The notes under the pieces: model-generated | Seen by the model: only the letters and a program-made list of their open reading frames with translations | Told to the model about the DNA's origin: nothing | The model's database searches: none | Program-made: the position numbers and the translations under genes | NCBI GenBank assembly: GCA_049294595.1 | Contig: JBAQDE010000023.1 | Coordinates: 11,715-75,714, forward strand | Direction of reading: 5' to 3' | Source of the DNA: Rhodoferax sp. | Lineage (GTDB): Bacteria > Pseudomonadota > Gammaproteobacteria > Burkholderiales > Burkholderiaceae_C | DNA: 64,000 nucleotides | In this document: one piece after another, positions 17,897 to 25,991 of the stretch | Numbering within the stretch: the stretch's first letter is position 1 | Layout of the letters: each line of letters begins with the position of its first letter

Positions 17897-19010
17897 ATTA
17901 CCTGTGCAGGGTGCAGACGCGCCGTTCGCGCCGGATTGGGTGTCACCTCCCGGAGACACCATTCTTGACCTTCTGGAGGAGCGTGATTGGACGCAGCAGC
18001 AATTGGCAGACCGGCTTGGGTACTCTCTCAAGCACGTTAACCAGTTGATCAAGGCCAAAGTGCCGTTGACCGAAGACGCCGCCATCCGCTTGCAGAATGT
18101 TTTGGGTGCATCGGTGGGCTTCTGGCTCACGCGCGAGGCGCATTACCGTGAGCGTGTTGCGGTACTGGATGCAGCAGAGCGCCAAGTGCCCATGGTCCCT
18201 TGGCTAGAGCGCTTTCCCATCAAGGAGATGATGGACGTTGGCATCCTGACCAAACGACGGGCCGACGCAAAGTCCAAGCCCGGAATGGTTGGCGAGTTGC
18301 TGAGCTTTTTTGGTGTGGCAACTCCAGACCAATGGCAAAGCCAATACGGCTGCATGGAACTGGCCTTTCGCCGCAGCCGGGAAGAACAAGCAGATGTGGC
18401 TGCAATTTCTGCCTGGCTTCGCATGGGTGAGCGCCGTGCTGAAAAGCTGGACGGCCCTCCCTACGACGAGGCTCTCTTTAAGGCAGCCTTGACGGACGTA
18501 CGCGGACTCAGCTGCCAGCCGCCTCAAGAGTTTCAGCCCCGGATGCAACAGCTTTTGCATGAGGCTGGCGTCGCGTTTGTTCTGGTTCCTGCCCTGCCCA
18601 GAACACACGTGTCAGGCGTCGCGCGTTGGCTGAATGCGCGTCGGCCTCTGATTCAGCTATCTCTATACGGCAAACAGAATGATCGGTTTTGGTTTAATTT
18701 CTTTCATGAGGCGGCACACATACTCCTGCATAGTCAGCAAAAGAAGTCCGTCTTTCTTGACGATCCCTCAAAGGCTGGCTCTACATCCAAAGAGGAGCAG
18801 GAAGCCAATGCGTGGGCGCGAGATTTTCTGATCCCGCCCAATCAGGCTAGATCACTTGTAGATTTGCCCAAAACGAAGACCGCTGTTATCAGCTTCGCCC
18901 AATCTATTGGCGTACACCCAGGCATCGTCGTCGGACGAATGCAGCACGACCAACTGCTAGATGTGCGATGGCTGAATGATCTGAAGGTGAGCTTTGCTTT
19001 TACGCCTTAG
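17889..19010 (+). CDS. HigA-type XRE helix-turn-helix fused to an ImmA/IrrE (COG2856) zinc metallopeptidase domain
   Basis: N-terminus PPGDTILDLLEERDWTQQQLADRLGYSLKHVNQLIKAKVPLTEDAAIRLQNVLG (HigA-like HTH). C-terminal part carries the HExxH motif FFHEAAHILLH. ATG 17889 is translationally coupled to higB. Confidence 0.75.
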   Translation: MTELPVQGADAPFAPDWVSPPGDTILDLLEERDWTQQQLADRLGYSLKHVNQLIKAKVPLTEDAAIRLQNVLGASVGFWLTREAHYRERVAVLDAAERQVPMVPWLERFPIKEMMDVGILTKRRADAKSKPGMVGELLSFFGVATPDQWQSQYGCMELAFRRSREEQADVAAISAWLRMGERRAEKLDGPPYDEALFKAALTDVRGLSCQPPQEFQPRMQQLLHEAGVAFVLVPALPRTHVSGVARWLNARRPLIQLSLYGKQNDRFWFNFFHEAAHILLHSQQKKSVFLDDPSKAGSTSKEEQEANAWARDFLIPPNQARSLVDLPKTKTAVISFAQSIGVHPGIVVGRMQHDQLLDVRWLNDLKVSFAFTP

Positions 19011-19078
19011 TCTTAATCAGCGTTTGCAGAGTCGAGACACGTTTCCGGCGATTGGTAGCGACTACCGACGAAGATTAT

Positions 19079-19112
19079 TTCTTGTCTAAAGAGGCTGCAA
19101 ATTAGACAAGAA
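19079..19112. repeat. Perfect 11-bp inverted repeat TTCTTGTCTAA / TTAGACAAGAA (12-nt spacer)
   Basis: Read directly from the sequence. It lies in the A+T-rich spacer between the ImmA-fusion gene and the convergent mmsA gene. Confidence 0.9.
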
Positions 19113-19163
19113 TCAAGCTGAAAATCAATACCCAAGGCGACCTAAGTCGTTGATTTAATTGAT

Positions 19164-19194
19164 GTCTAAATTTTCCACGTTGAAAAATTTAGAC
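19164..19194. repeat. Perfect 11-bp inverted repeat GTCTAAATTTT / AAAATTTAGAC (9-nt spacer), sharing the TTAGACAAG core
   Basis: Read directly from the sequence. TTAGACAAG recurs at 19102-19110 and 19189-19197, and its complement at 19081-19089. Confidence 0.9.
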
Positions 19195-19215
19195 AAGCCC
19201 AACCATCAACTCGCC

Positions 19216-20721
19216 TTACTTGCTACTCGGAAACGCAAACACTGCCCCTTCCCGCACACCCGCACTCGGCCAGCGCTGCGTGATCGTCTTGCGCTTGGTA
19301 TAGAAGCGCACCGCATCCGGGCCGTAGGCGTGCAGGTCACCGAACAGGCTGCGCTTCCAGCCGCCAAACGAGTGGTAGGCAACCGGCACGGGCAGGGGCA
19401 CGTTCACACCCACCATGCCGACCAGGATGTTGTCGGTGAAGTAGCGCGCCGCTTCGCCATCGCGGGTGAAGATGCAGGTGCCGTTGCCGTATTCGTGGGC
19501 GTCGATCAGGTCCATGGCTTCCTGCAGGGTCTTGACGCGCACCACGCCCAGCACCGGGCCAAAGATTTCTTCCTGGTAGATCACCATGCCGGGCTTCACG
19601 TTGTCGAACAGGCAGGGGCCGAGGTAGTAGCCGTCCTCATGGCCGGCGATGGTCAGGCCACGGCCGTCCACGACCAGCGTGGCGCCTTCCTTCACGCCCT
19701 GGTCCACATAGCCCTTGACCTTCTCGAAATGCGGCTTGGTCACCAGCGGGCCCATGTCCATGCCGGGGGCGGTGCCAGGGCCGACCTTCATCTTGCTGAT
19801 CTCGGTCTTCAGGCCGGTGATCACGGCGTCGGCCGTTGCATCACCCACGGCCACCACCAGCGGGATGGCCATGCAGCGTTCACCGCAGGAGCCATAGGCT
19901 GCGCCCATCAGTGCGCTCACGGCATTGCCGATGTCGGCATCGGGCATGACCACGGCGTGGTTCTTGGCGCCGCCCAGGGCCTGCACCCGCTTGCCGTGTT
20001 TGCAGCCTTCTGCGTAGATGTATTCGGCAATCGGCGTGGAGCCGACAAAGCTCACGGCCTTGACGCGCGGGTCGGTCAACAGCGTGTCCACGGCTTCCTT
20101 GTCGCCGTTGACCACGTTCAGCACGCCGGGTGGCAGGCCGGCTTCCAGTGCCAGTTGCGCGATGCGCAGCGTGGAGCTGGGGTCGCGCTCGGACGGCTTC
20201 AACACAAAGGTGTTGCCGCAAGCCACGGCCATGGGCCACATCCACAGCGGCACCATGGCCGGGAAGTTGAACGGGGTGATGCCGGCGGTCACGCCCAGCG
20301 CCTGGAATTCGCTCCAGCTGTCGATGGCTGGGCCGACGTTCTTGCTATGTTCGCCCTTGAGCAGCTCGGGCGCATAAGAGGCGTACTCGACGTTTTCGAT
20401 GCCGCGTTGCAGCTCGCCCAACGCGTCGCTCAGCACCTTGCCATGTTCGGCGGTGATCAGGGCGCAGAGTTCCTCGGCGTTCTGCTCCAGCAAAACCTTC
20501 AGATTGCCCATCACGCGGGCGCGCTTGAGCGGCGGTGTGTTGCGCCATGCGGGGAATGCAGCCTGCGCGTTGGCAATGGCTTCTTCAACGGTGGCCTTGG
20601 GGGCCAGCAGCACGCGCTTCTCGGCCTTGCCGGTGGCGGGGTTGTACACGTCTTGGGCGCGTGTGCCGGTGGTGACGATCTGGCCGCCAATCAGGTGGCC
20701 GATGGTGGGGAGCTGGGACAT
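19216..20721 (-). CDS. mmsA: CoA-acylating methylmalonate/malonate-semialdehyde dehydrogenase
   Basis: 501-aa aldehyde dehydrogenase with the MmsA-type N-terminus (IGHLIGG...) and the catalytic-Cys region GERCMA. Confidence 0.85.
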   Translation of the reverse strand: MSQLPTIGHLIGGQIVTTGTRAQDVYNPATGKAEKRVLLAPKATVEEAIANAQAAFPAWRNTPPLKRARVMGNLKVLLEQNAEELCALITAEHGKVLSDALGELQRGIENVEYASYAPELLKGEHSKNVGPAIDSWSEFQALGVTAGITPFNFPAMVPLWMWPMAVACGNTFVLKPSERDPSSTLRIAQLALEAGLPPGVLNVVNGDKEAVDTLLTDPRVKAVSFVGSTPIAEYIYAEGCKHGKRVQALGGAKNHAVVMPDADIGNAVSALMGAAYGSCGERCMAIPLVVAVGDATADAVITGLKTEISKMKVGPGTAPGMDMGPLVTKPHFEKVKGYVDQGVKEGATLVVDGRGLTIAGHEDGYYLGPCLFDNVKPGMVIYQEEIFGPVLGVVRVKTLQEAMDLIDAHEYGNGTCIFTRDGEAARYFTDNILVGMVGVNVPLPVPVAYHSFGGWKRSLFGDLHAYGPDAVRFYTKRKTITQRWPSAGVREGAVFAFPSSK

Positions 20722-20751
20722 GAATTTTCCTGGGTGATTATCAATAAAAAT

Positions 20752-20800
20752 GGCTGCAAGCCCTCGTGGATATTGCTTCGGCAGCTATCAAAACAAGAGT
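20752..20800 (+). repeat. Interspersed bipartite repeat, copy between mmsA and the aminotransferase gene
   Basis: GGCTGCAAGCCCTCGTGG (box 20760-20769), 13 nt, AGCTATCAAAACAAGAG. Confidence 0.75.
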
Positions 20801-20808
20801 GTGCTGTG

Positions 20809-22191
20809 TCAGGCGGTGGCGTTCAGCGACTCGCCCAGGGCGTTGATCAGGCTGTCGATCTCGGCCGCGGTGGCAATGAAAGGTGGCGCCAGCTGGATCG
20901 TGTCTCCACCATAACGCACGTAGAAGCCTTTTTCCAGGCATTTCATGGCGATCTCGTACGGGCGCTTGGCCGGCTCGCCGGGTGCGCTTGCTATCGTGAA
21001 GCCGGCGGCCAGGCCGTAGTTGCGGATGTCGGCCACATGCTTGGCACCCTTGAGGCTGTGCACAGCCTGCTCGAAATGCGGTGCCAGTGCGGCCACGCGC
21101 TCCACCATGTTTTCCTTGACCAGCAGGTCCAGCGCGGCGATGCCGGCGGCGCAGGCCACCGGGTGGGCCGAGTAGGTGTAGCCGTGGGCGAACTCCAGCA
21201 TGTAGTCCGGGCCGCCCTGGGCCATGAAGGTGTCGTAGATGTCCTTTTTTGCCACCACCGCGCCCAGGGGCTGGGCACCGTTGGTCACCTGCTTGGCGAT
21301 GTTCAGGATGTCGGGCGTGACGCCAAAAGCGGCCGCGCCGGTGTAGGCGCCCATGCGTCCAAAGCCGGTGATGACCTCGTCAAAAATCAGCAGGATGTTG
21401 TTGGCGGTGCAAATCTCGCGCAGGCGCTGCAGATAGCCCACCGGTGGGATCACGACCCCGGCGGAGCCCGACATGGGCTCGACGATGACGGCGGCGATGT
21501 TGGAGGCGTCGTGCAGCGCAATGAGCTTGAGCAGTTCATCGGCCAGCTCGGCACCGGTGGGTGGCATGCCCTTGTAGAAGGCGCCGGCAGCGGGCTGGGT
21601 GTGGGGCAGGTGGTCGGCCTCAATGCCCTGGCCAAAGGTCTTGCGGTTGCCGACGATGCCGCCGACCGAGATGCCACCGTAGTTCACTCCGTGGTAGCCT
21701 TTCTCGCGGCCGATCAGGCGTGTCTTGGTGCCCTGGCCCTTGGCGCGCCAGTAGGCACGCGCCATCTTCAGCGCGGTGTCGGCCGACTCGGAGCCCGAGC
21801 CGGTGAAGAACACATGGTCCAGCCCGGCAGGCATGAGTTCGGTGATCTTGTTGGCCAGCTCGAATGACAGCGGGTGGCCGTACTGGAAGGCGGGCGAGTA
21901 GTCCATGGTGCCAACCTGGCGGCTCACCGCCTCGGTGATCTCGGCACGGCCATGGCCCAGGCCGCAACACCACAGTCCGGACAGACCGTCGAACACCTTT
22001 TTGCCATGGCTGTCGGTGTAATAGGCGCCCTGGGCGCTGACCAGCATGCGCCCGCTTTGTGGGCCGGCGGCCTTGAAGTTGCGGTTGGCCGAGAAGGGCA
22101 TCCAGTGCGCCTCCATCCAGCGGGCGTCACCTGGGAAGGCACTGGTGCTGGTTACGGCGGTGGTGGGACTGGCGGTGTCGTGGGGTTTCAT
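20809..22191 (-). CDS. Class III PLP aminotransferase (omega-amino acid / beta-alanine:pyruvate transaminase type)
   Basis: 460 aa, aspartate aminotransferase family fold III (DEVITGFGRMG, YTYSAHPVACAAG). The pairing with mmsA and a divergent LysR gene is typical of beta-alanine/aminoisobutyrate catabolism. Confidence 0.8.
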   Translation of the reverse strand: MKPHDTASPTTAVTSTSAFPGDARWMEAHWMPFSANRNFKAAGPQSGRMLVSAQGAYYTDSHGKKVFDGLSGLWCCGLGHGRAEITEAVSRQVGTMDYSPAFQYGHPLSFELANKITELMPAGLDHVFFTGSGSESADTALKMARAYWRAKGQGTKTRLIGREKGYHGVNYGGISVGGIVGNRKTFGQGIEADHLPHTQPAAGAFYKGMPPTGAELADELLKLIALHDASNIAAVIVEPMSGSAGVVIPPVGYLQRLREICTANNILLIFDEVITGFGRMGAYTGAAAFGVTPDILNIAKQVTNGAQPLGAVVAKKDIYDTFMAQGGPDYMLEFAHGYTYSAHPVACAAGIAALDLLVKENMVERVAALAPHFEQAVHSLKGAKHVADIRNYGLAAGFTIASAPGEPAKRPYEIAMKCLEKGFYVRYGGDTIQLAPPFIATAAEIDSLINALGESLNATA

Positions 22192-22304
22192 GGTCTGCCT
22201 CCTGGTCGGTGTCGATGCGGTTGAGCCCCGGTGGGGAATGGCGCATTGTGGGTGGCTCTGTTACTCTTACAAAGTCACAAATATCAACGTTTAGTTGGCA
22301 AAAA

Positions 22305-23282
22305 ATGCAAGTAAAAAAGAAAGCCGTTCTGGGCCAGATCAGCGACATGGACCTGCGCCTGCTGCGCGTGTTCCGCGCGGTGGTGGATTGCGGCGGCATG
22401 GCGGCAGCCGAACTGGAATTGAACATCGGCACCTCCACCGTGAGCCGCCACATCAAGGACCTGGAAACCCGCCTGGGCCTGACCCTGTGCCGGCGTGGCC
22501 GGGGCGGTTTTGCGCTGACACCGGAAGGGCAGAAGATTTATGCGCAGACCACGGCCCTGCTGGCGGCGACGGATGCGTTTCGCAGTGGCGTGGACGAAAT
22601 CCACCAGCGCATGGGTGGCGCCCTGCACGTGGCCATGTTCGACAAGACGGCCAGCAACCCGGCCGCGCACATCGCGCAGGCGATTGCGCTGTTCAGCCGC
22701 CAGGCGCCGGATGTGGCGCTGAACCTGCACGTGGGCACGCTGACCGCGATCGAGCGCGGCGTGCTGGACGGGCAATACCAGATCGGCATCATTCCCGGCC
22801 ACCGCAGCTCGGACGCGCTGGAATACGCCGAGTTGTTCGACGAGACCATGCTGCTGTATTGCGGCACCGCACACCCGCTGTTTGAGGCGGAGCCGTCGGT
22901 ACAGCCGCAGGATTGGGAAGGCCTGCGGGCCTACCAGTTCGCCGGCCTGGGCTACCACTCGCCGAACATGGAAATCAGCCAGCAGGTGCGCCTGGCGCGC
23001 AAGGCAACCGGTTTCGATCAGGAGGCAATTGCCACGCTGATTCTGTCGGGTCAGTTTCTGGGGTTTTTGCCCGATCACTATGCACAGAGTTTTGTGCGTG
23101 CGGGGCTGATGCGTGCGGTGAATGCGGCGGTGTTTCGCTACACCTGCCAGTTTTTTGCGATTGCCCGGCGCTCACCGGAGGCGGCGCGGGCAACGCGGGC
23201 TTTCTTGGAGTGCCTAGCCAAGACACACACCGCAGCTTTGAGGGTAGGCAATTCTCCGCAGGGCCGCCCCAAGGAGAATTAG
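22305..23282 (+). CDS. LysR-family transcriptional regulator (divergent from the aminotransferase-mmsA operon)
   Basis: N-terminal wHTH LRLLRVFRAVVDCGGMAAAELELNIGTSTVSRHIKDLE. Start ATG 22305 (or ATG 22347). Confidence 0.85.
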   Translation: MQVKKKAVLGQISDMDLRLLRVFRAVVDCGGMAAAELELNIGTSTVSRHIKDLETRLGLTLCRRGRGGFALTPEGQKIYAQTTALLAATDAFRSGVDEIHQRMGGALHVAMFDKTASNPAAHIAQAIALFSRQAPDVALNLHVGTLTAIERGVLDGQYQIGIIPGHRSSDALEYAELFDETMLLYCGTAHPLFEAEPSVQPQDWEGLRAYQFAGLGYHSPNMEISQQVRLARKATGFDQEAIATLILSGQFLGFLPDHYAQSFVRAGLMRAVNAAVFRYTCQFFAIARRSPEAARATRAFLECLAKTHTAALRVGNSPQGRPKEN

Positions 23283-23331
23283 CCCCCGTGGGGGGCAGCG
23301 ACCCGTGAAACGGCGGAGTGTGGGGGCTTGA

Positions 23332-23502
23332 TTAGCCGCCCTTTTTGGAACGCTTGCCAGGGTTCTTCTTGCTGCGGGTGGCGACACCACGCTCCAGGCT
23401 CACGCGCTGGCCGCGACCACCGGTGGGCAGGGTGAAGCCTGGCAGGGTTGCGGGACGGGGAGTAGCCTTGCGGTCGGCTTCGGTAACGATCTTGTTGCCC
23501 AT
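23332..23502 (-). CDS. Small basic protein of 56 aa (below the ORF-track cutoff), function unknown
   Basis: My own translation: MGNKIVTEADRKATPRPATLPGFTLPTGGRGQRVSLERGVATRSKKNPGKRSKKGG*. A purine-rich AAGAAAGAAGA lies 6 nt upstream of the ATG. It fills an otherwise empty 280-bp gap. Confidence 0.45.
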   Translation of the reverse strand: MGNKIVTEADRKATPRPATLPGFTLPTGGRGQRVSLERGVATRSKKNPGKRSKKGG

Positions 23503-23561
23503 GGCAGTCTTCTTTCTTTACGGGGAGAGGGTCAAAAACCCCCCATTTTAGGCTACAAATC

Positions 23562-24929
23562 TCAGGCGGTCGCTGCGGCTGGCGCCGGGAACGTCCCAAC
23601 GCGTGGTGCGGGCGATCCCAGGAAGCGGAAGGCCAGAGCAGGCTCGTGGCCCGTCATCAGCTCGGCCAGGGCCTTGCCGGAGCCGGCGCCGTGGGTCCAG
23701 CCCAGCGTGCCGTGGCCGGCATTGACCCACAGGCCGCGCACCTTGGTCTGGCCGATGTAGGGGATATTGGTCGGCGTGGCCGGGCGCAGGCCGGTCCAGT
23801 AGGCAGGGTTGCCGCCTTCGTCCACATTGCGGGTATCGCACACACCGGGGAAAACCTGCTCGACCCGACGCGCCAGCATCTGGCAGCGGGCGCGGGCCAC
23901 GGCGCTGTCCAGCGTCAGGTCGTAGTTGCCCACCTCGATGGTGCCGGCGATGCGCAGGGTATCGCCCAGGCGGCTCATGGCGCACTTGACGGTGTCGTCC
24001 AGCAAACTGACCTGTGGCGCGAGTTCCGGTTTCAGGATCTTGAAAGTGGCGCTGTAGCCCTTGCCGGGGTAGATCGGCAGGTCCACGCCCACGCTGCGCA
24101 ACAGCGGTGCGCTGTACGAGCCGGCTGCCACCACCACCTGGTCGGTTGCCAGCTTGCGGCTTGCGCCATTCTGGCCATCAGCCCTCGTGGATAGGTCGCG
24201 AATAGCTACGGATTTGATAGCGCCTCCGACCACGTCCAGCCGTTCCACGGCGTGGCCATAGAGGATTTCCGCGCCGCGTTCCGCGCAGCGTTTGGCCAGT
24301 TCCTGGGTGAAGATGCGGGCGTCGCCCGATTCGTCGCTGGGTGTGAAGGTGCCACCCACGATGCGTTCGCCAAAGGCGCGCAGGGCTGGCTCGATCCGGA
24401 ACAGGGTGTCGCGGTCCACCACCTGGCGGGCCACGCCGTGCCTGCGCATCAGCGCGGCTGCGTCACCGGCGGTGTCGAACGATTTCTGGTCGGTGTAGTA
24501 GTGGGCAATGCCGCGCTCCAGGCGCTGGTAGGCGATGCCGGTGCTGGCGACGATGTCTTTGAGCGCGCCATGGCTGTAGGCGCCCAGAGCGACGAGCTGC
24601 TGCACGTTGCGCTCAAAGGCGGCGTCGTTGCAGTTGGCCAGGAATTGCAGGCCCCAGCGCCATTGCTGCCAACCCTCACCAAACGGCAGTTGCGGGCGGA
24701 ACAGCAGCGGTGCTTCCTTGCTGAACATCCACTTCAGCGCCTTCAGAGGTGCCTCGCGGTTGGCCCAGGGCTCGCAGTAGCTGACCGAAATCTGGGCCGC
24801 ATTGGCGAAACTGGTTTCCAGGGCGGCATCGGCCTGGCGGTCGATGACGGTGACGGTGTGCCCGCGTTCCAGCAAATGCCAGGCGGTGCTGATGCCGATG
24901 ATTCCGGCGCCTAAAACAGTAATGTGCAT
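23562..24929 (-). CDS. FAD-dependent oxidoreductase, D-amino-acid dehydrogenase (DadA)-like
   Basis: Start trimmed to ATG 24929: MHITVLGAGIIGISTAWHLLERGHTVTVIDRQ (GxGxxG dinucleotide fold). C-terminal GHGTLGWT motif. Confidence 0.8.
   Translation of the reverse strand: MHITVLGAGIIGISTAWHLLERGHTVTVIDRQADAALETSFANAAQISVSYCEPWANREAPLKALKWMFSKEAPLLFRPQLPFGEGWQQWRWGLQFLANCNDAAFERNVQQLVALGAYSHGALKDIVASTGIAYQRLERGIAHYYTDQKSFDTAGDAAALMRRHGVARQVVDRDTLFRIEPALRAFGERIVGGTFTPSDESGDARIFTQELAKRCAERGAEILYGHAVERLDVVGGAIKSVAIRDLSTRADGQNGASRKLATDQVVVAAGSYSAPLLRSVGVDLPIYPGKGYSATFKILKPELAPQVSLLDDTVKCAMSRLGDTLRIAGTIEVGNYDLTLDSAVARARCQMLARRVEQVFPGVCDTRNVDEGGNPAYWTGLRPATPTNIPYIGQTKVRGLWVNAGHGTLGWTHGAGSGKALAELMTGHEPALAFRFLGSPAPRVGTFPAPAAATA
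24173..24224 (+). repeat. Interspersed bipartite repeat, copy inside the DadA-like CDS (in frame)
   Basis: GCCCTCGTGG (24181-24190), 13 nt, AGCTACGGATTTGATAGCGCC. Read on the minus strand as ...GGAIKSVAIRDLSTRAD.... Confidence 0.7.
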
Positions 24930-25063
24930 GCGCCAAGTGTCCCGCAAGTTGATGTGTATCAACAGTGTTTGCGCCGTAGTGTGCGTCTTCATTAGTTTTG
25001 CTAATAAAATGATGGCCACTCGCACTGCCGTTGGAAGCAGCGCCACAACAACAGAAATAAACC

Positions 25064-25981
25064 ATGCGAACCTTTGATACCGACGCCCTGGAGTGTCTGG
25101 CCGCCATCGTGGAAGAGGGCGGCTTCGAGCGCGCCGCCGTGCGCCTGTCGGTCACGCAGTCGGCCGTGTCACAGCGCCTGCGCGCGCTGGAGGCTCAGGT
25201 CGGCACCGTGTTGCTGGTGCGCAGCCGTCCGGTCAAGCCCACCTCGGCCGGACGCTTGCTGATCAAGCACGCCATGCAGATGCGCCTGTTGCGGGCCGAC
25301 CTGGAAACCGATTTGCAGGACCTCACCCCCGGCACAGGCGCCCAGCGTGAGGAAGACCGCATCTCCATTGCCATCAACGCTGACAGCATTGCCACATGGG
25401 CGCTGCCCGCGTTGGGGCCGCTGGTGACCGAAGGCCTGCCGCTGGAAATCATCACCGACGACCAGGACTTCACCCACGAGTGGCTGCGCGAAGGCCAGGT
25501 GCTGGGTTGCGTCACCACGCTGAAGCAGGCCCTGCGCGGCTGCAAGGTGCTGTCGCTGGGGGCCATGCACTACGTGGCGGTGGCCAGTGCGGATTACGCC
25601 CGGGTCCACTGCCCCAAGGGGTTGACCACGCACAACTTCCGCCAGATTCCGTTCATTGCATTCAACCGCAAGGACGATCTGCAGACCGAATTTGTGGGCA
25701 AGGCGTGTGGTTTGCGGCGCGTGGCCCTGAGCCAGCGCTTTGTGCCCAGCTCCGAGGGCCAGGTCCGTGCCGTGCTGGCCGGCTGGGGTGTCAGCGTGTT
25801 GCCGGCGTTGCAGGTGGAAAGCCTGCTGGCCAGCGGCGAACTGGTCAACCTGGCGCCCCAGGTCACGCTGCCGGTGAACCTGTACTGGCACTGCTGGAAC
25901 CTGGACTCGGTGGTCATCGACCGGCTGACCGCGGCGTTGTCCAGCGCAGCTGCAGCAGCCCTGAAAACCGGGCGCGCGTAA
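25064..25981 (+). CDS. argP: LysR-family regulator of the ArgP/IciA type
   Basis: N-terminus LECLAAIVEEGGFERAAVRLSVTQSAVSQRLRALE closely resembles the ArgP wHTH. Divergent from the DadA-like gene. Confidence 0.75.
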   Translation: MRTFDTDALECLAAIVEEGGFERAAVRLSVTQSAVSQRLRALEAQVGTVLLVRSRPVKPTSAGRLLIKHAMQMRLLRADLETDLQDLTPGTGAQREEDRISIAINADSIATWALPALGPLVTEGLPLEIITDDQDFTHEWLREGQVLGCVTTLKQALRGCKVLSLGAMHYVAVASADYARVHCPKGLTTHNFRQIPFIAFNRKDDLQTEFVGKACGLRRVALSQRFVPSSEGQVRAVLAGWGVSVLPALQVESLLASGELVNLAPQVTLPVNLYWHCWNLDSVVIDRLTAALSSAAAAALKTGRA

Positions 25982-25991
25982 CCGGCCGGGC

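Noticed and set aside
11689-19215. Calling the R-M/TA block a mobile genetic element
   Set aside because: No integrase, transposase, tRNA target or direct-repeat att sites were found. Only composition and context suggest horizontal origin, so it is reported as a finding and not as a mobile_element feature.
19159-21867. 902-aa + strand ORF, and similar long antisense ORFs (1194..2357, 2848..4077, 5757..6761, 11831..13915, 14334..15773, 28974..30851, 32810..35038, 43302..45578, 59785..61434)
   Set aside because: Each lies opposite a gene with clear family motifs. All show Arg/Gly/Ala/His-rich shadow-ORF composition and no recognisable domains. They are a high-G+C artefact.
24973-25016. GCCGTAGTG...TGCTAATAAAATGATGGC between the DadA-like gene and argP
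   Set aside because: The palindrome half matches well (15 of 17 positions against AGCTATTAAAATGATAGC), but the box half is poor and the spacing is off by about 2 nt. It is kept only as a possible decayed copy, not listed as a feature.
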